Source: Candidatus Poribacteria bacterium
Lineage (GTDB): Bacteria; Poribacteria; WGA-4E; WGA-3G
NCBI GenBank assembly: GCA_965215265.1
Contig: OZ244048.1
Coordinates: 736,001-800,000, forward strand
Direction of reading: 5' to 3'
Length of the DNA: 64,000 nt
Shown here piece after piece: positions 8,986-19,693 of this stretch; the stretch's first letter is position 1, and each line of letters starts with the position of its first letter. The notes under the pieces were generated by a model. It searched no databases and was not told where the DNA came from. It saw only the letters and a program-made list of their open reading frames with translations. Position numbers and translations under genes: made by a program.

Positions 8986-10701
8986 CTACAGTACTCGTTT
9001 TACATAGACATAATAAGCGCCGATAGCCAGTTCGCCTGTTTCATCGGAGAAGAGAGTATGGAGGCGTGTTTGCCCGGCTGTGAGGTGGAACGTAAACGTC
9101 ACGCCGGTAGCCTCTGGTTCGATTGTTTGTGTCTTTGTGTGTTCTCCGATGCGGATTTGTGCGTTTTTGAGGTTGAGTGCGTGTCCGCCGTGATAGAGGC
9201 CGATGCTGTCTCCGGGGATGCCTTCAGTGATTGCTCTGCGTTCTTCGTGTGGCCAGCGGCAGAGCTCAAAACTATACTGTCCATCTTCCGGGATATCAAC
9301 GGCCCAATAGCCGTTGCATTGCATGCCGCGGCGAATCATACCTTGGTTCCATGCGTGTGCCTCGCCGTGCCAATCGTGTGTAGTCAGGCGTGCGACTTGT
9401 TCGTGCTGTGTGCCGACAATGATCGGACAGTCTTCATGAAAGCGTTGAGAGACTAGCGTCCACCAATCTTCATAATGCTCTCGTAGTTCTGCGACAACAT
9501 CTGGGTGCTTGTGGGCAATATCGTGGCGTTGTCCTAGGTCAGTCTGGATATCGTAAAGTTCGGTGCCGTTGATGAGCCGCCAGCGTTGTGACATGGTTGC
9601 GCTGTCCTTCCACTTGATTGGGTTTTCAACGCGCTGTGAATCTGTGACGATGACGCGTTCTTCCCAATCTGCGTTCTCATCTTTGAGTAAGGGGGCGATG
9701 CTGGTGCCGTGGAATTCAGTTGTTTTCACTTCCAATTGGCAGAGTTCAATCAAGGTAGGCAGTATATCTATGTTGGCAGTGAGTTGGTGTAGTTCTTTTC
9801 CTTCTGTGAAGCCTCCTTTGGGCCAATGTAGGAAGAGTGGTACGCGATGCCCTCCTTCGTAAGGTGACCCTTTTTTTCCACGCATGCCGGCGTTGTAGCC
9901 GGCTGTCACAAACTGCTGTGCATCGAGGTCGCATCCGGCGGCAGATCCGTTATCGGTCATGAAGATGAGAATAGTGTTTTGCTCGAGTCCTAAGGTTCGA
10001 AGGTGGTGTCTCAGTCGTGCGATGTTGTCGTCTATATTGGATATCATTCCGTAGAAATTGGCCCGTTCTGTCGGTATGCCTTTCCTTCGGTAGGTTTCAC
10101 TGTAAGCGTGAGGTACCCGGAAGGGTCCGTGTGGTGCGTTTGTCGGGAGGTAACAGAAAAAAGGTCGGTTTTGGTTTCTCTCAATAAATGCCATGGCTTG
10201 TTGAAACCAGACATCGGTGCAGTACCCTTCAAAAGGTTGTTCGGAGCCGTTGTAGAAATAGGTATCGTCAAAATAGTCGTTTCCCCAATAATCTGGGGTT
10301 TGGCTGATACCGCCGCCGCCGTGGTAGAGCGCTTCGTCGAACCCGCGGTCATGGGGTCGGAAGGGGTAATTATCGCCGAGGTGCCATTTGCCAAACATGC
10401 CTGTTTTATATCCGTTGTGCTGGAAGATATCCGCCATAGTGATTTCATCGCTGCGGAGGAGCGAGCGTCCGCCGATGGTATGCCAGACTCCGGTTGAGTT
10501 GCAGTAGTGCCCGGTCATAATCCCGGCGCGCGTAGGTGAGCAGGTGGGTCCGACGTGCAAATTTGTCAATCGAGTGCTTTCATCCGCGAGTGCGTCAAGA
10601 TTTGGTGTACGAATGACAGGGTTGCCAGTGGAGCCCAAATCGCCATAGCCTTGGTCATCGGTGATGACAAACACGAGGTTTGGTTGCGTCTGTTTTGCCA
10701 T
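8986..10701 (-). CDS. Arylsulfatase (formylglycine-dependent, S1 family)
   Basis: TDDQGYGD, CSPTR (CxPxR), GKWHLG, TDNG. Confidence 0.95.
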   Translation of the reverse strand: MAKQTQPNLVFVITDDQGYGDLGSTGNPVIRTPNLDALADESTRLTNLHVGPTCSPTRAGIMTGHYCNSTGVWHTIGGRSLLRSDEITMADIFQHNGYKTGMFGKWHLGDNYPFRPHDRGFDEALYHGGGGISQTPDYWGNDYFDDTYFYNGSEQPFEGYCTDVWFQQAMAFIERNQNRPFFCYLPTNAPHGPFRVPHAYSETYRRKGIPTERANFYGMISNIDDNIARLRHHLRTLGLEQNTILIFMTDNGSAAGCDLDAQQFVTAGYNAGMRGKKGSPYEGGHRVPLFLHWPKGGFTEGKELHQLTANIDILPTLIELCQLEVKTTEFHGTSIAPLLKDENADWEERVIVTDSQRVENPIKWKDSATMSQRWRLINGTELYDIQTDLGQRHDIAHKHPDVVAELREHYEDWWTLVSQRFHEDCPIIVGTQHEQVARLTTHDWHGEAHAWNQGMIRRGMQCNGYWAVDIPEDGQYSFELCRWPHEERRAITEGIPGDSIGLYHGGHALNLKNAQIRIGEHTKTQTIEPEATGVTFTFHLTAGQTRLHTLFSDETGELAIGAYYVYVKRVL

Positions 10702-10755
10702 GATAATTTCTCCTAGCGTGCAGCCTTGTGTATCCCAGGCTTATGGGAGGTTCTG

Positions 10756-11943
10756 TTATTGCAAGGCTTTTTTGATCCTATCCAAGCCTCGGTTAATTTC
10801 AGTCAAGGATGTAGCGAAGGAGAGCCGTAAATGATTATCTGCGCCGAAGCCGCTGCCTGGTACAACGCCGACACCGGCGGCATTTAAAAGATAATCGGTT
10901 ATGTCCATAGAACCTTTGAGGGTTTTCCCAGCGAGGGTGCGTCCATAGTGTTGCGAGAAATCGGGGAAGATGTAAAATGTGCCCTGCGGTTTAACGTAGT
11001 GGACACCATCGATTTCGTCAAAACGTTGACAGATGACGTTGCGGCGTTCCTCAAAAGCGGTTCGCATTTCTTCAACGGCATCTTGTGGAGCAGTTAACGC
11101 GGCGAGCGCGGCTTTCTGTGCGATAGAGGTGGGATTAGAGGTGCTATGCGATTGTATGCCTGACATCGCCTGAATTGCGTCTTCAGGTCCGGCGGTGTAT
11201 CCGATGCGCCATCCTGTCATTGAGTATGCTTTTGACACGCCGTTGACCACAAAGGTTATGGCTTTTGTCTCTTCGTTGAAGGTAGCTGGGCTCTGGTGTG
11301 CTGCGCCGTCGTAGAGCAACGCCTCGTAAATTTCATCGGAGATGAGATAGACTTGATGTTTAACGGCGAGCTCTCCAATTTGTTTAAGAGTGTCAACATC
11401 ATATGTTGTTCCGGTCGGGTTACTGGGGCTGTTCACCAGAATAGCCTTTGTCTGTGGAGTTATGGCTGCTTCCACTTGTGCAGGTGTCATGCAAAAGTTT
11501 TTTTCGGGTGTGGTGTGAATGACGTTCGGTATGGCACCTGCCAATTTAATCTGTTCTGGATAACTGACCCAATAGGGTGCGGCGAAGATGACTTCGTCTC
11601 CTGGATCGCAGATAGCTTGGAATATGTTATAGATGGTGTGCTTCGCGCCGCAGGAGACAATGACTTGCGAGGGGCTGTAGCTAAGTCCGTTATCCTGCTG
11701 GAATTTTTGGGCGATGGCCTCTCGGAGTTCGGGTATCCCGGGGACGGGGGTATATTTGGTAAAGCCGGCATCCAAAGCATCAACGGCGGCGGCTTTGATA
11801 TAGTCTGGCGTGTCAAAATCGGGTTCACCGGCACCAAATTTGACGACATCTACGCCATCGGCGATCATGGCGTTAATTTTTGCTGTAATTGCCAAGGTTG
11901 AGGACGGTGTTACGTTTTGACTACGTTGTGATAATGAAATCAT
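10756..11943 (-). CDS. Class I PLP-dependent aminotransferase (aspartate aminotransferase type)
   Basis: GEPDFDTP, NSPSNPTG, SDEIY, SKAYSMTGWRIG. Confidence 0.93.
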   Translation of the reverse strand: MISLSQRSQNVTPSSTLAITAKINAMIADGVDVVKFGAGEPDFDTPDYIKAAAVDALDAGFTKYTPVPGIPELREAIAQKFQQDNGLSYSPSQVIVSCGAKHTIYNIFQAICDPGDEVIFAAPYWVSYPEQIKLAGAIPNVIHTTPEKNFCMTPAQVEAAITPQTKAILVNSPSNPTGTTYDVDTLKQIGELAVKHQVYLISDEIYEALLYDGAAHQSPATFNEETKAITFVVNGVSKAYSMTGWRIGYTAGPEDAIQAMSGIQSHSTSNPTSIAQKAALAALTAPQDAVEEMRTAFEERRNVICQRFDEIDGVHYVKPQGTFYIFPDFSQHYGRTLAGKTLKGSMDITDYLLNAAGVGVVPGSGFGADNHLRLSFATSLTEINRGLDRIKKALQ

Positions 11944-12050
11944 GAACTCTCCTTTTTTTGTTATCGTTAGTGAATTAGAAAAGAATAGGGATCTTTATGT
12001 TGAAAGATGTCTCAAAAAGCGTGCCTCTCGGTGCTGTTCAGCATTGGTAG

Positions 12051-12923
12051 TTACCGGGATTTTAATGTTTTCTCAAAGTCCTGTAACAGGTTGCGTTGTT
12101 TACGAGAGAGGGATTTCGGAATTTCAACCTTTAATCGGACGAGAAAATCGCCTTTATTGCCGGATTCATCGGTGATTCCTTGGCGGCGCAATCGCAATTG
12201 CTGCCCGTGCTGGGTGCCGGCCGGAACTTTGAGTTCTACTTCACCTGTTAAGTTTTGGATGCGAACGGTGCCGCCGAGTGCAGCGGTTGTCATTGAAACG
12301 GTTGCGTCGGTTAATAAATTGAGCCCGTCGCGCGTGAACGTAGGATGCGGTTGGACGTTGATTTGAACGAGCAGGTCGCCTGGGTGTCCCCCGCCTATGG
12401 GTTGAGCGTGTCCACGAATGCGTAAGGTTTGCGAATCCTTAATGCCTGCAGGAATTTTTAAGGTTATGCTCTTTCCGTGCAGGTTCACCTGTTTTTGGGT
12501 GCCGAGTGCAGCTTCTATAAATGAGACGGTGAGATTCATGCGCTGATCTCGTGCCTGGGTGGATTGAGGTTCTTGTCGTGGGTTGCCAAAGATATCACTG
12601 AAAGCCTGGTCAAATCCTCCGAGTCCGCTGCGTCCGAAAATCTCATTTAGATTAAGGTTAGCGAAAATGTCGTCCATATTGGCGTAGCCTTCAAATCCCA
12701 TTCGATGGACACCAGCATGGCCGCGTGTATCATAGACCTTGCGTTTTTCCGGATCGGATAAGACAGAGTAGGCGTTTGATGCCTCTTTGAATTTTTCTTC
12801 AGCAACTTTATCGCCTGGGTTTTTATCTGGATGGTACTTGACGGCGAGTTTGCGATACGCCTTTTTGATTTTTTCAGGTGTAGCGTTTCGGGTCACGCCG
12901 AGTATTTCATAATAATCTTTCAT
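12051..12923 (-). CDS. DnaJ class II / CbpA-like co-chaperone (no zinc finger)
   Basis: J domain with HPD motif, G/F-rich region, DnaJ C-terminal domain, no CxxCxGxG repeats. Confidence 0.92.
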   Translation of the reverse strand: MKDYYEILGVTRNATPEKIKKAYRKLAVKYHPDKNPGDKVAEEKFKEASNAYSVLSDPEKRKVYDTRGHAGVHRMGFEGYANMDDIFANLNLNEIFGRSGLGGFDQAFSDIFGNPRQEPQSTQARDQRMNLTVSFIEAALGTQKQVNLHGKSITLKIPAGIKDSQTLRIRGHAQPIGGGHPGDLLVQINVQPHPTFTRDGLNLLTDATVSMTTAALGGTVRIQNLTGEVELKVPAGTQHGQQLRLRRQGITDESGNKGDFLVRLKVEIPKSLSRKQRNLLQDFEKTLKSR

Positions 12924-12939
12924 AGTTTTTCTATAGGAG

Positions 12940-14136
12940 TTACAAAGTGGAGCTGTGCAAAGCGTGCGATCTGGAAATCATGGAATTCTCCAGTTTGGCG
13001 TGTAACTCGGTTAGTGTTTGAATATTCCGATGCTGTTTGACAAGGGTAGTTCCGAAGTTAAGGGCGAAGGTTTCGACTAGCAGTTTGCGTTTGGCATCGA
13101 CAATGGCTTCAATGTCTTTGACATGTGCTGCGCCGATGATGCGCCGCAATATCTCCATACCGGCGAATCCAACAGTATCTTGGAAGATTTGCAGCAATGT
13201 AGGGGCTTTTCGGATTTTAAATTCAGTAGCGTATCCGTTCCATGTGTGCTCAATGGCCATTTTGAGTTGGGCTTGGATAATCGGCTTATCAGTGTGTGAA
13301 AAGTAGGATAAGTAGTAGTTTGCCCAATATAACCCGAGGTCAAAGGCAACGGGCCCGTAACATGCGAATTCTGCGTCAATAAATTTTGGCGAATCGCCCT
13401 GTACCATAACACTTCCGGTATGAAGATCGCCATGTATTACCGCTTGCTGTGCATTGCAAAAGAGATTTTTGAGGTGGTGTGCGTGTTTTAAGAAATCCTC
13501 GTCCGTTTTCAATTGTGCGACGAAGGGTTCTAACCCTTTGGAATAGAAATTGGTTTCGTGTTCGATAAATGGGAAAGTGAAGACATAATCTGCGGTTAAT
13601 GCACGCATCTCTGCGTTTTCAAAACAGTTTTGATAGCGGTTTTTCGAGTTGGTATTCCGTTTATAGGCTTCGGTTTTTAATTCTATATCAGGGTAAGTTT
13701 TTCTATGGATGCGCCCGAGGAACCTACCTACTTGTTCAGCCAGTGTCTGATTAACCCGTCCTGCGATGAGTTCATCCCTTAAGAGAGCGTGGTCGCGGAG
13801 ATCTTCTATAAGCAGTACGGCGTTTTCTTGGTCAAAAAATAGTGGTGTAGGTACCGACCTGGTTGCAAGTCGGTGGTAGAGGTCTAGCATTCGGAATTCA
13901 TAGGTAAGGCGTTGTGCGGTTAAGGGGTATGCGGGCCCTAGTATTTTAACGTAGGGCGGTGCGTGCTTGAGTATAAGAGAGTGGCTCGGCTGTGCTGCAT
14001 CAAACACGCGAAAGATAAAATTCAGGTTTCCGTCGCCGATTTGCTGAGCGACGAGTTGTGCATCTGGCGCGAAGTGCGCTATATCTGCTTGCCTGTGCTT
14101 TAGGTAAAGGGGTATAGTGTTTTCGTTGATATCCAT
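12940..14136 (-). CDS. mtnK: S-methyl-5-thioribose kinase
   Basis: [39 protein letters not shown]. Confidence 0.92.
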   Translation of the reverse strand: MDINENTIPLYLKHRQADIAHFAPDAQLVAQQIGDGNLNFIFRVFDAAQPSHSLILKHAPPYVKILGPAYPLTAQRLTYEFRMLDLYHRLATRSVPTPLFFDQENAVLLIEDLRDHALLRDELIAGRVNQTLAEQVGRFLGRIHRKTYPDIELKTEAYKRNTNSKNRYQNCFENAEMRALTADYVFTFPFIEHETNFYSKGLEPFVAQLKTDEDFLKHAHHLKNLFCNAQQAVIHGDLHTGSVMVQGDSPKFIDAEFACYGPVAFDLGLYWANYYLSYFSHTDKPIIQAQLKMAIEHTWNGYATEFKIRKAPTLLQIFQDTVGFAGMEILRRIIGAAHVKDIEAIVDAKRKLLVETFALNFGTTLVKQHRNIQTLTELHAKLENSMISRSHALHSSTL

Positions 14137-14190
14137 GATCAGATATAGAAATAAAAGGCGCGTTTTGCTTGGACAGCGGTCCGATGGTTG

Positions 14191-15192
14191 TTAAAGGAGC
14201 AGATTCTCTGCGATTTGAATCGCGTTTAATGCTGCTCCTTTGCGTAGATTGTCTGCGACTACCCAAAGATTTAATCCATTTTCAATGGAACGATCTTCTC
14301 GGATGCGTCCGACATATACGTCATCTTCTCCGGCGGCATCGATAGGGAGTGGATATTTCGAATTGCCGGGGTCGTCAATAAGTTGGATGCCGGGTGCTTC
14401 AGCGAGAGTTTTGCGTGCTTGGTCGGGCGTGAGTTTTTCATGAGTCTCGACATTAATGGATTCGGAATGCGCGTAAAAAACTGGGACGCGTGCCGTAGTT
14501 GCTGAAATCTGTATGGTTTGGTCTTCAAGGATTTTGCGTGTTTCGTTAACCATTTTTAGTTCTTCTTCGTTATCGCCGGTGTCGGTAAATGGCCAATCGA
14601 AGGCGACATTAAATGCTATCTGATGTGGGAATCGTTCGCATGTAATCGGTTTGCCTTGCAATGCATCGGTAGTTTGTTGAACGAGTTCGAGCACTGCACG
14701 TCCGCTTTTGCCGGAGACGCTCTGGTATGTAGAAACGACAATGCGTTTGATACCGGCGGTGTCGTAAATAGGTTTGAGTGCTACCATCATCTGGATAGTT
14801 GAGCAGTTAGGGTTAGCAATGATTCCGTTATGTTTTCGTGCTGCATGCATGTTGACTTCTGGTACAACGAGAGGTGTATCATCATCCATGCGGAATGCGC
14901 TTGTATTGTCAATCACCAATGCCCCGTTTTGCACAGCTGTGGGTATGAACTCTCGACTGACGGTGGCTCCTGCGGATGAAAAGACGAGGTCGACATCGTG
15001 AAAAGAATCATGGTTCAATTCTTCAATGACGATGTGCTGATCTTTAAAGGAGAGAATTTCGCCTGCCGATCTGTGTGATGCGAGCAGTTTGAGCGAATCG
15101 ATTGGAAACGCACGTTTTTCTAAAATTTGCAATAGCGTATTGCCGACTGCACCAGTTGCACCGACAATTGCGACACAATAACTTTGACTCAT
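14191..15192 (-). CDS. asd: Aspartate-semialdehyde dehydrogenase
   Basis: GATGAVG, NPNCST, STYQSVSG, DNLRKGAALNA. Confidence 0.97.
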   Translation of the reverse strand: MSQSYCVAIVGATGAVGNTLLQILEKRAFPIDSLKLLASHRSAGEILSFKDQHIVIEELNHDSFHDVDLVFSSAGATVSREFIPTAVQNGALVIDNTSAFRMDDDTPLVVPEVNMHAARKHNGIIANPNCSTIQMMVALKPIYDTAGIKRIVVSTYQSVSGKSGRAVLELVQQTTDALQGKPITCERFPHQIAFNVAFDWPFTDTGDNEEELKMVNETRKILEDQTIQISATTARVPVFYAHSESINVETHEKLTPDQARKTLAEAPGIQLIDDPGNSKYPLPIDAAGEDDVYVGRIREDRSIENGLNLWVVADNLRKGAALNAIQIAENLLL

Positions 15193-15538
15193 TTCTAATA
15201 TATTCCTCTATTGTTAGCCTAACGGTATCAGGTTCTGGTGTATCTCCTATTATTAGACCTGTTGCGAATTGGCCGTTTTGGCCTAGCCAAGGCGGTAGTG
15301 CTTGACTTAATTAAATTTTGTTGTATAATAGCAGTTGCGGCCGTCCGAGTTCTTAAGTGACAGTTGCTTTCACGTAAAATTTGGGTTCTTGTTCGATTGC
15401 CAAGAGCGAACTTATATTTCATTATACCACAAGTGAGCTCGTTAAGCAAAATATTTTACGCGAAAAGAAAAAAATGTAGACAAATATTGAAAAATATGGT
15501 ATTAATTTATAATATGCTTAGATGAAAGCAAATTTAAC

Positions 15539-15568
15539 TTGACACAATCTATATTTGTATAGTATAAT
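15539..15568 (+). promoter_or_regulatory. sigma-70 promoter upstream of HU
   Basis: TTGACA-18 nt-TATAAT; a second TTGACT-16 nt-TATAAT at 15302-15329. Confidence 0.55.
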
Positions 15569-15715
15569 AAGGTTACTGTTAGTTCAATATAATTTTTTAT
15601 TTTTCCAATGTGCGAATCTGTTGTTAGTTCTGATTAATAGGATGCCAAGAGAGATATAATTTTTCAGGAAATTCAGGTTTTTGAATTGGAAATAAAAATG
15701 AGAGGAACATTTAAC

Positions 15716-16000
15716 ATGGCTAAATTAATGAAAGATAGCATTATTAGCAGCGTTGTAGAGCAAACAGGTCTTAGTAAAAAAGATGCGAATGCTGCTGTTG
15801 ATGCAATTGTAGCAACGATTCGAGACGCTTTGGGCAATGGTGATTCTATTGGTCTGATTGGTTTCGGGACGTTTGAAGTCAGAACAAGAGCTGCTCGGAC
15901 GGGTCGTAATCCGCAAACGGGCGATGAGCTTAAGATCCCAGAGAAAAAGGTTCCGGCGTTTAAACCGGGCAAACAGTTACGGGATGCGGTTTCCGAATAG
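15716..16000 (+). CDS. hup: DNA-binding protein HU
   Basis: LIGFGTFEV..RAARTGRNPQTG, VPAFKPGKQL; start at ATG 15716 behind GAGGA. Confidence 0.96.
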   Translation: MAKLMKDSIISSVVEQTGLSKKDANAAVDAIVATIRDALGNGDSIGLIGFGTFEVRTRAARTGRNPQTGDELKIPEKKVPAFKPGKQLRDAVSE

Positions 16001-16066
16001 GAACGTCTGTGCTATCGTAGTTCGTGCGATCGTTCTGCGTATCGATTTGCGCGTGCTGCTGTTTAC

Positions 16067-16116
16067 AACAACGCAGGGCTGCTCTTCGTTTTTGCGAAGA
16101 GCAGCCCTGCGTTGTT
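16067..16116 (+). terminator. 22-bp perfect inverted repeat after HU
   Basis: AACAACGCAGGGCTGCTCTTCG-6 nt loop-CGAAGAGCAGCCCTGCGTTGTT. Confidence 0.7.
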
Positions 16117-16347
16117 TGAAAATGAAGGCAACGGTTTGAATTTTTCTTAATTTGATTATATCTTGGAAAAACGCAATGCGTCTACGCCCGCAAAATCTGT
16201 TGTCAAATATTTTGGCAGCATGTTATTATAGAAATTGTAGGGTGCCTGAGTTGCGTTTTGCTTTAGCTAGTTTAGTGAGATGTGTTGTATTGCAGAATCA
16301 TGCCTATCATTTGGTGCCCGACTATATTGTTTGTGAGGAGAATGGTG

Positions 16348-17406
16348 ATGTTAATCCGAAGCAGAGCACCGGTCCGCATTGATTTTGCGGGTGGTTGGAG
16401 CGACGTAGCACTTTTTACCGAGGTGTCTAAGGGTTTTGTTGTGAACGGTGCGATTAACCGATACGCTTACGCGACGCTTGTCTGTGAGAGCCAAGAGGAG
16501 CATCCGGATTCTGTTGAGCTGCAGCGTATTCTGGATAAAAGCATTCGTATTTATTCTGCAGATTTTGATACGTACATTGAAGCGGCGGCTGTCCATCAAC
16601 TTGAATATGACGGTAACATAGATCTGATTAAGGCAGCGGTTCGCCAGATGTCCATTCAAATAGGTGGTTTTGACTTGATTACGCAGTCTACAGCCCCGCC
16701 GGGTAGTGGTTTAGGTACATCAGCAGCGATGGGTGTTGCGCTGATCGGTGTGCTGGGTGCTCTGAAGGATGTGACGTACCTGCCGTATCAATATGCAGAG
16801 TTAGCAAGCAGTATAGAACGTTATGAGCTTGGGATTCTTGGTGGGAAGCAAGACCATTATGCAAGCGCTATCGGTGGTATTAACTTTATGGAGTTCCAAG
16901 CCGAGGAGGTGAAAACGTCTCCGTTAAAACTACCGCGGCATATCTGCTATGAATTAGAAAAGAACTTAGTTCTTTGTTACACGGGGCAATCTCGGCTATC
17001 CGGTAATATACATCAAAACGTAAAGACTGCGTATAAAAGTGGGGATGCGAGTATTAAAGATGCCTTAGAAAATCTAAAGTCAATTGCGGAAGCTACCAAA
17101 ACAGCGCTGATTCGTGGGCGTTTAACAGATTTTGGTGAGCTTCTGACAGAAAATTGGCAAAATCAGAAGAGACTGCATTCGTCCGTAACAAATGAGCAAA
17201 TTGAGGCACTCTTTAAGCTTGCCAATGCGCATGGTGCAATTGGAGGGAAGGCATGTGGTGCCGGTGGTGGCGGTTGCTTGCTCTTTTATTGTCAACCGGC
17301 GCGGGAGCATAGCGTTCGGCAGAAGCTTGAAGAGGCAGGAACTCACGTTATTGACTTTAACTTTGACATCGACGGTCTGCAGATATGGAAAACCGAGTCG
17401 GAGTAG
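16348..17406 (+). CDS. GHMP kinase, D-glycero-D-manno-heptose-7-phosphate kinase (HddA)-like
   Basis: RAPVRIDFAGGWSD, PPGSGLGTS, GGKQDHY, GAGGGG; start placed behind GAGGAG. Confidence 0.88.
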   Translation: MLIRSRAPVRIDFAGGWSDVALFTEVSKGFVVNGAINRYAYATLVCESQEEHPDSVELQRILDKSIRIYSADFDTYIEAAAVHQLEYDGNIDLIKAAVRQMSIQIGGFDLITQSTAPPGSGLGTSAAMGVALIGVLGALKDVTYLPYQYAELASSIERYELGILGGKQDHYASAIGGINFMEFQAEEVKTSPLKLPRHICYELEKNLVLCYTGQSRLSGNIHQNVKTAYKSGDASIKDALENLKSIAEATKTALIRGRLTDFGELLTENWQNQKRLHSSVTNEQIEALFKLANAHGAIGGKACGAGGGGCLLFYCQPAREHSVRQKLEEAGTHVIDFNFDIDGLQIWKTESE

Positions 17407-17487
17407 ATATAGTTAACGTTCTACAAGCCTATTGAGCGGTATTGCTTGACATCCGCAGTCTAAACGAACAAACAAAAGGAGCTGTAT

Positions 17488-18510
17488 TTGAAAAACGACA
17501 TGTCAGAAACACAAACACAGACACCTATTGAAGCTGCCGAGTTCCTAACAACGGCAAGAGAAAAAATCTTAACAGAACTGAAAAAGCGAATCATCGGTCA
17601 AGAAGAAGTGATAGACCAGCTGCTAATTGCCTTATTTTCGCAAGGGCACTGCCTGCTTGTGGGTGTTCCGGGCTTAGCAAAGACACTGCTCATCAGTAGT
17701 TTTGCCGAGATTCTCGCTCTTCCGTTCAATAGAATTCAATTCACGCCGGACCTGATGCCTTCGGACATTATAGGAACGGATATTATTGAGGAAGAGATAG
17801 AAACAGGTAAACGTGCCTTCCGTTTCATTCGCGGTCCGGTTTTCGCTAACATAGTTCTTGCGGATGAGATTAACCGGACTCCTCCGAAAACACAAGCTGC
17901 ACTGCTGCAAGCGATGCAAGAATATAAGGTTACAGCGGGGGGAAATACGTATAGTTTGGAGCTTCCGTTTTTTGTGTTAGCGACGCAAAATCCGATTGAG
18001 CAGGAAGGGACGTATCCTCTGCCGGAAGCGCAGCTTGACCGGTTCATGTTTAACATCTATATCGATTATCCGAGCAAAGCAGAGGAGAAAGAGATTGTTA
18101 TGACAACGACTTCTGCTTACGACTCGAAGTTGGCCCCGGTTATTAGCGGTGAGGACGTATTAAGGTTACAACAGATTGTCCGGAAGGTCCCTATTGCGGA
18201 AGCGATGGTAGATTACGCGGTTGAATTGAGTCTTAATACGCGGCCTGCGCATCCGGGTGCACCGGATTTTATTAAGGATTGGGTTAACTGGGGTGCGGGG
18301 CCGAGGGCTTCACAGTATCTTGTTCTGGGTGCTAAGGCACGTGCGATTATGCTGGGGCGTTATCACGTGGCATATGAGGATATAAAAGCCGTGGCAAAAT
18401 CTGTTCTTCGTCACCGGATTTTGACCAACTTTAACGCTGAAGCGGATGGTATTACGAGCTTGGATATTATAGATAGGTTACTGGCAGAAGTTGTACCGTC
18501 TGCCGCCTGA
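17488..18510 (+). CDS. moxR: MoxR family AAA+ ATPase
   Basis: [55 protein letters not shown]. Confidence 0.95.
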   Translation: MKNDMSETQTQTPIEAAEFLTTAREKILTELKKRIIGQEEVIDQLLIALFSQGHCLLVGVPGLAKTLLISSFAEILALPFNRIQFTPDLMPSDIIGTDIIEEEIETGKRAFRFIRGPVFANIVLADEINRTPPKTQAALLQAMQEYKVTAGGNTYSLELPFFVLATQNPIEQEGTYPLPEAQLDRFMFNIYIDYPSKAEEKEIVMTTTSAYDSKLAPVISGEDVLRLQQIVRKVPIAEAMVDYAVELSLNTRPAHPGAPDFIKDWVNWGAGPRASQYLVLGAKARAIMLGRYHVAYEDIKAVAKSVLRHRILTNFNAEADGITSLDIIDRLLAEVVPSAA

Positions 18511-18741
18511 CATTACGTAGTATTTTACGTTGTGCATTGTCCATTGGGTGTGAGCCTTAGAAATTTTGGTTTGACTTTTTTTGTTTCTATGTTAAAATAA
18601 TATTGAATGTGAGAAGATAGGCAGCAGTGCCTATTTTATTAACAATACTTTACGTAACGCGTAACAGTGCGGTAGAATGGACGGAAATAGGTTTTCAGTC
18701 CTGTGCTGCTCTAACGAAAAAACTACATAAGGAGAAATAAT

Positions 18742-19179
18742 ATGGCAGGAATGATTCCGACAATCAGTTCTGGTGTCGCAGGTCCATTGGGTGTGCTACA
18801 CCTCCCTCGCTTCTGGTCGAAGGTGTTAATGGATGCGAAAGGTGTTCTTCATGAGGATTACCCTGCGTGCGGCGCGGGTTACGATCAGATGGTGTTAGAC
18901 GCTCTGGGGCTTGACCGGGCTGCGACGTTGGCCTATATCCGGGACAATTCGCCTACCTATCCGCAGTTTGAGGCGTGGGTTTTGGAACAGTGTGGTGGAA
19001 GTCTTGATGAGGCGGCTGTTGCGGCCCACAATGCGGCAATTGAGGGTTATAACCACGACGATGACACTCGTCAAAGTATCCTTAGCGCGAGTGGGCTTGA
19101 GGACGACGGTTCGATCTTAGACGCTGTTAATCTTAACAACCTTGATGATTGGTATGAATTTCATGCCAGTTTAGGCTAG
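18742..19179 (+). CDS. DUF5069-like small acidic protein
   Basis: GPLGVLHLPRFWSK ... DQMVLDALG pattern; strong RBS (AAGGAG), upstream promoter and downstream terminator. Confidence 0.7.
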   Translation: MAGMIPTISSGVAGPLGVLHLPRFWSKVLMDAKGVLHEDYPACGAGYDQMVLDALGLDRAATLAYIRDNSPTYPQFEAWVLEQCGGSLDEAAVAAHNAAIEGYNHDDDTRQSILSASGLEDDGSILDAVNLNNLDDWYEFHASLG

Positions 19180-19194
19180 GTTATGGTATGATGT

Positions 19195-19221
19195 GGCGCG
19201 GTTTTGGGGCCGCGCCTTTTT
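19195..19221 (+). terminator. Intrinsic terminator
   Basis: GGCGCGG-loop-CCGCGCC followed by T-tract. Confidence 0.7.
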
Positions 19222-19272
19222 CACTTAATTTATGTGCATTCTCAATAAGGCTGCCTGCCGTGAAGGTAAAAG

Positions 19273-19680
19273 ATGAAAAAGAAACTTTATTTTGCGTACG
19301 GTATGAATCTCAATCATGCACATATGCGTGGTGCTTGTCCGACAGCGATACCCATTGGGCCGCGTAAGATTCAGGGTTACCGCCTTGTGTTTCGATTTTA
19401 CGCAGATATTGTCGCGGCTGCGGAATCCTGCGTTTGGGGTGGCTGCTGGGAGATTGACGAGAGTGCAGAGGCGCAGCTGGACAGAATTGAAGGTTACCCT
19501 CACCTGTATAAAAGACTTGAGGTAGATGGCATGATGGTTTATCAGATGACTAATGCGCAGGAATTGGAAAAACCGGCCCCCTGGTATCTGGAGATAATTA
19601 AGGAGGGTTTGGCCGATTTCGGCTACCCGCCTGAAGAGACGCTCCGGAAAAATTTAGGGGGCGGTGTAGACATCAAATAA
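19273..19680 (+). CDS. Gamma-glutamylcyclotransferase (AIG2-like) protein
   Basis: LYFAYGMNL, LDRIEGYP.LY. Confidence 0.88.
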   Translation: MKKKLYFAYGMNLNHAHMRGACPTAIPIGPRKIQGYRLVFRFYADIVAAAESCVWGGCWEIDESAEAQLDRIEGYPHLYKRLEVDGMMVYQMTNAQELEKPAPWYLEIIKEGLADFGYPPEETLRKNLGGGVDIK

Positions 19681-19693
19681 CCCACACGCTTGA

